DNA of 49,464 nt, the filler included, from Jimgerdemannia flammicorona (lineage: Eukaryota): assembly GCA_003990765.1 (NCBI GenBank). It is 2 parts of 2 records of this genome, joined end to end, with 100 filler letters (N's around TTAATTAATTAA, not from the genome) between each part and the next. Parts side by side here need not be neighbours in the genome. Positions count along the whole stretch, not along the records: positions 24,783 to 49,464 come from RBNJ01000941.1; 1 more part is not named here. One strand, 5' to 3'. The notes beneath the pieces were generated by a model. The model did not search any database and was not told the origin of the DNA. It saw only the letters and a program-made list of their open reading frames with translations. Made by a program: the position numbers and the translations under genes. Every line of letters starts with the position of its first letter. Position 1 is the first letter of the stretch. This document shows, piece after piece, positions 46,778 through 49,464 of this stretch.

Positions 46778-49464
46778 ATGCCCACCACCCCGGCCGCTTC
46801 GCCCACTTCCTCCTTTTCCTCCACCTTCTCGGCCGCCTCCTCCAGCACCTCCAACTCATCCCTGAACACCATGTACGACATCGTTTACTCCCAGTCGGTC
46901 GACCACGCCCAAAAGCCCGCTGAGCAGCCCCGCGGAAACACGAACAATGTCCCCGCGACACTCGCGGGATGCATGCATCTTGCGAGATACAAAAACCAGC
47001 TAAAGGCCGGAGCCACAGCCGCGGACGCGTCTGAGGACGGCCGCCGCGACAACCCGGTAGCGACGCGTGGAACCGACACACAGTTTGTTGAGAACCTCCG
47101 CACGTTGGTGAGGTACTCGCTGGCTTGGGAGGAAGGACAGAAGGCGTGTGTGGGAAAGGGTGTGAAGCACGGGCATGGAAGGAACGGGCATGCGGTGGGT
47201 GGCGGTGAGGTGAAGGCGGCTGGGGCGAGCGTTAAGAAGCGTAGGAGGCTTGATGAGGTAGGTGGTGGGTTGGACGCGGTGCTGGAGCAAAGGTGGGGGT
47301 CTGTGTGAAAACAGCGGGGACGGATACGGCCTTGTATGTTGGAGGAGGCTGCGTTGAATTTTTGTGAGGCATTTGAACTATGGAGTATGACGGTGATTAT
47401 TGTTGGAACGCAGTCGTTACTGTTGCGGGTTTCCTAACGGACTCGCTTGCATTGCCGTCCGATATTTAACGATTCAACAAGTCCTTACGCTGCATTTATT
47501 GCCTTTATGCTGACATGTTCAACGGGGGGTGAAGCGGGGCGGATGGCGGAAGGATACTTTTCTGTTCTTTTCGGGCAATATGAGCAAATTGAATCAACCG
47601 TCGTGTGCCGTCTTTTTAACGAGTTTATTCTGCCTCCTCCATTCCTCACGCCCATTCCTTGTATGCGTGCCGATATCGCAATCCTGAAATGTCTTTCAAA
47701 ACCTCCATTGTAGCTTCCTCTTCCGCAATGCACTACGTGCCACACCCCGCTGGGACGGCTACATGTATGCCTACATTGCGTCTTTATGGGTTGCTGGGCG
47801 GACGGACACATGGCGCACCACATGATGGAAAAGGGGCATGGATTTGGTGAGTGCGCAAGTTTATGTTTGATGGAGGTGGTTTAGCATGATGATCCGGACC
47901 TGGGTGTCAATTTGCAATGTCGTATATGTTTACGTCTTTCTTGCACATTTTTACCGATGTTCCGCCTGCTGGCTCATTAGCTATGGATTTTTCTCACCGG
48001 AACCTGTACTGCGTCGAGTGCAAAGATTACGTGTACGACTTGGAGATCCTGGATCGAATTGTACGTCTCGAGACGCTGCGGATTGACGTTGGTGGTGGGT
48101 ATCGAATCGGTCCTGTCACGCTGCGAGCGAACGGAAGTGAGTTTTGGGGGAACAACTCGAACGGTTGTGGCGTTGGACTGACATATGCGCCTATGCATGC
48201 CATTATGTTCAGGGTTGCTTGTTTTAGTTGATAGTGCGGATATTGAATGGCCTCTTTTTTTTTTTTTTTGGCTTATAGAGTCATTACCCAAGAGACCGCG
48301 ATATACAGTATGGCACCCGTCAGACGATGAGATTCAACTAATCACACAAAAGTCGAAACTGACGCCATGTCAAGGTATATTCTCGTGATGATCATTCCTT
48401 CTATCTTTTGCTCAGCGTCTCCCGTGTATCCACACATTCGTCACCGATATTAATTTTTTCTTTTCACCCTGGTTATATAGGCATTCGCGGCCTCTTTAAT
48501 ATGGGTAACACTTGCTTCATGAATGTGATCCTTCAGAGCCTTATTCACAACCCGTTGTTGCGGGCGTACTTTCTCAGCGATAGGCACAACTCCAATTTGT
48601 GCATCACGAAGAATTGTATGTGTTGCGAGATGGACAAGCTATTTGCAAAGGTAAGAATGGTTTTTATGCGACGTGATTGTCCGAGTGGATAATAGCCACA
48701 AGCTATATGCTTGTTAGTCAATGCACGGTGTGTTGATGGATATACACCAGATTATTATATTTCCTCGATTTAACTCCCTTGCGCCGTGGCATCGCAGCTT
48801 TATTCAGATGAGAAACAGCCGTACGGTCCGACCAGTTTCTTGCAAGCGATGTGGCTATCTTCAAAGGAGCTGGCGGGCTACGCGCAACAAGACGCACACG
48901 AATTTTTTATTAGCGCTCTTAATCAAATTCACGAGGGTTGTTCAGGTAATTTGCATAGGTTTAGACATTATAATCCACGGCGAACGGAGGCTGAGCGCTG
49001 CCCCTCTCTTGCGTCGTCTTCATTAACAAATAACACCCTTCTGTTACACCCTTGTTCACGATTCAGGCACTAAAAGCCACAGCTGCACTTGCATCGTCCA
49101 CCAGACCTTCGCGGGCCTCCTGCAATCCGACGTGACTTGTCTGAAATGCTACAATGTGACAACCGCCTACGACCCCATGTTCGACATCAGCTTGGATCTT
49201 CGCCCCGTTGAGAGGAAAAAGCGCCAGCAGTCGCTTCAGCAGCTGCCCATCGTCGCGCCCAAGATCGATGGAACCGAGACCGCGTCAGCTGCGACGGCTG
49301 AGAACGGTGCGAACGCGACAGAGGCGCTGGCTTCGGGGATGGTTGCAGGCGCCGCGAAGGAGCAGGAGGCTATCGGTGCGGCGAAAGAGAATGGGTCGAC
49401 GGTGGGTGGGGTAGAGGTGGCGGGTGCGGGTGCGGGTGCGGGTGCGGGTGCGGGTGCGGGTGCG
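46778..49464 (+). CDS. UBP8: SAGA deubiquitinase Ubp8/USP22-like (ZnF-UBP plus USP domain), 3' partial
   Basis: Exon 1 46778-47257 (GCMHL...NLR) splices in phase 0 to 47714 (CTTC...CLHC...GH). Then YCVECKDYVYD, GLFNMGNTCFMNVILQ, QQDAHEF, CTCIVHQTF, DPMFDISLD. Confidence 0.93.
49420..49464 (+). repeat. (GCGGGT)n coding hexamer repeat (Ala-Gly)
   Basis: Perfect hexamer run to the window end inside the UBP8 exon. Confidence 0.9.

Noticed and set aside
46778..47308. Stand-alone 176-aa ORF (superficially Whi5-like LARYK)
   Set aside because: It is exon 1 of UBP8: GCMHL zinc-finger start and an in-phase GT donor at 47258.

Overview
Eukaryotic, intron-containing fungal genomic DNA. Gene style and repeat load suggest an early-diverging Mucoromycota/Endogonales-like fungus (inference). 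The left half (1-25.3 kb) is a CpG-depleted, transition-riddled repeat block. It holds two divergent dUTPase-bearing Ty3/Gypsy LTR retrotransposons (plus a partial second copy of one), each with a third ORF after pol. It also holds a nested 2.05-kb TG..TA element carrying a decayed 365-codon ORF, and one intact multi-exon MFS (DHA2-type) transporter gene. A 100-bp assembly spacer lies at 24683-24782. Right of it is the decayed C-terminus of a TnpB/Fanzor-like nuclease followed by a hairpin-rich, omegaRNA-like segment that abuts the ATG of an intronless 11-repeat Myb gene with a mitochondrial-type presequence. The right half is gene-dense: MRS2-family Mg channel, PAN6, a small membrane protein, a hydrolase pseudogene, a MITE-like element, a ~120-165-bp tandem array, a fungal transcription factor, a PTS2-bearing SDR, NDUFB3, ARO2 and a partial UBP8.
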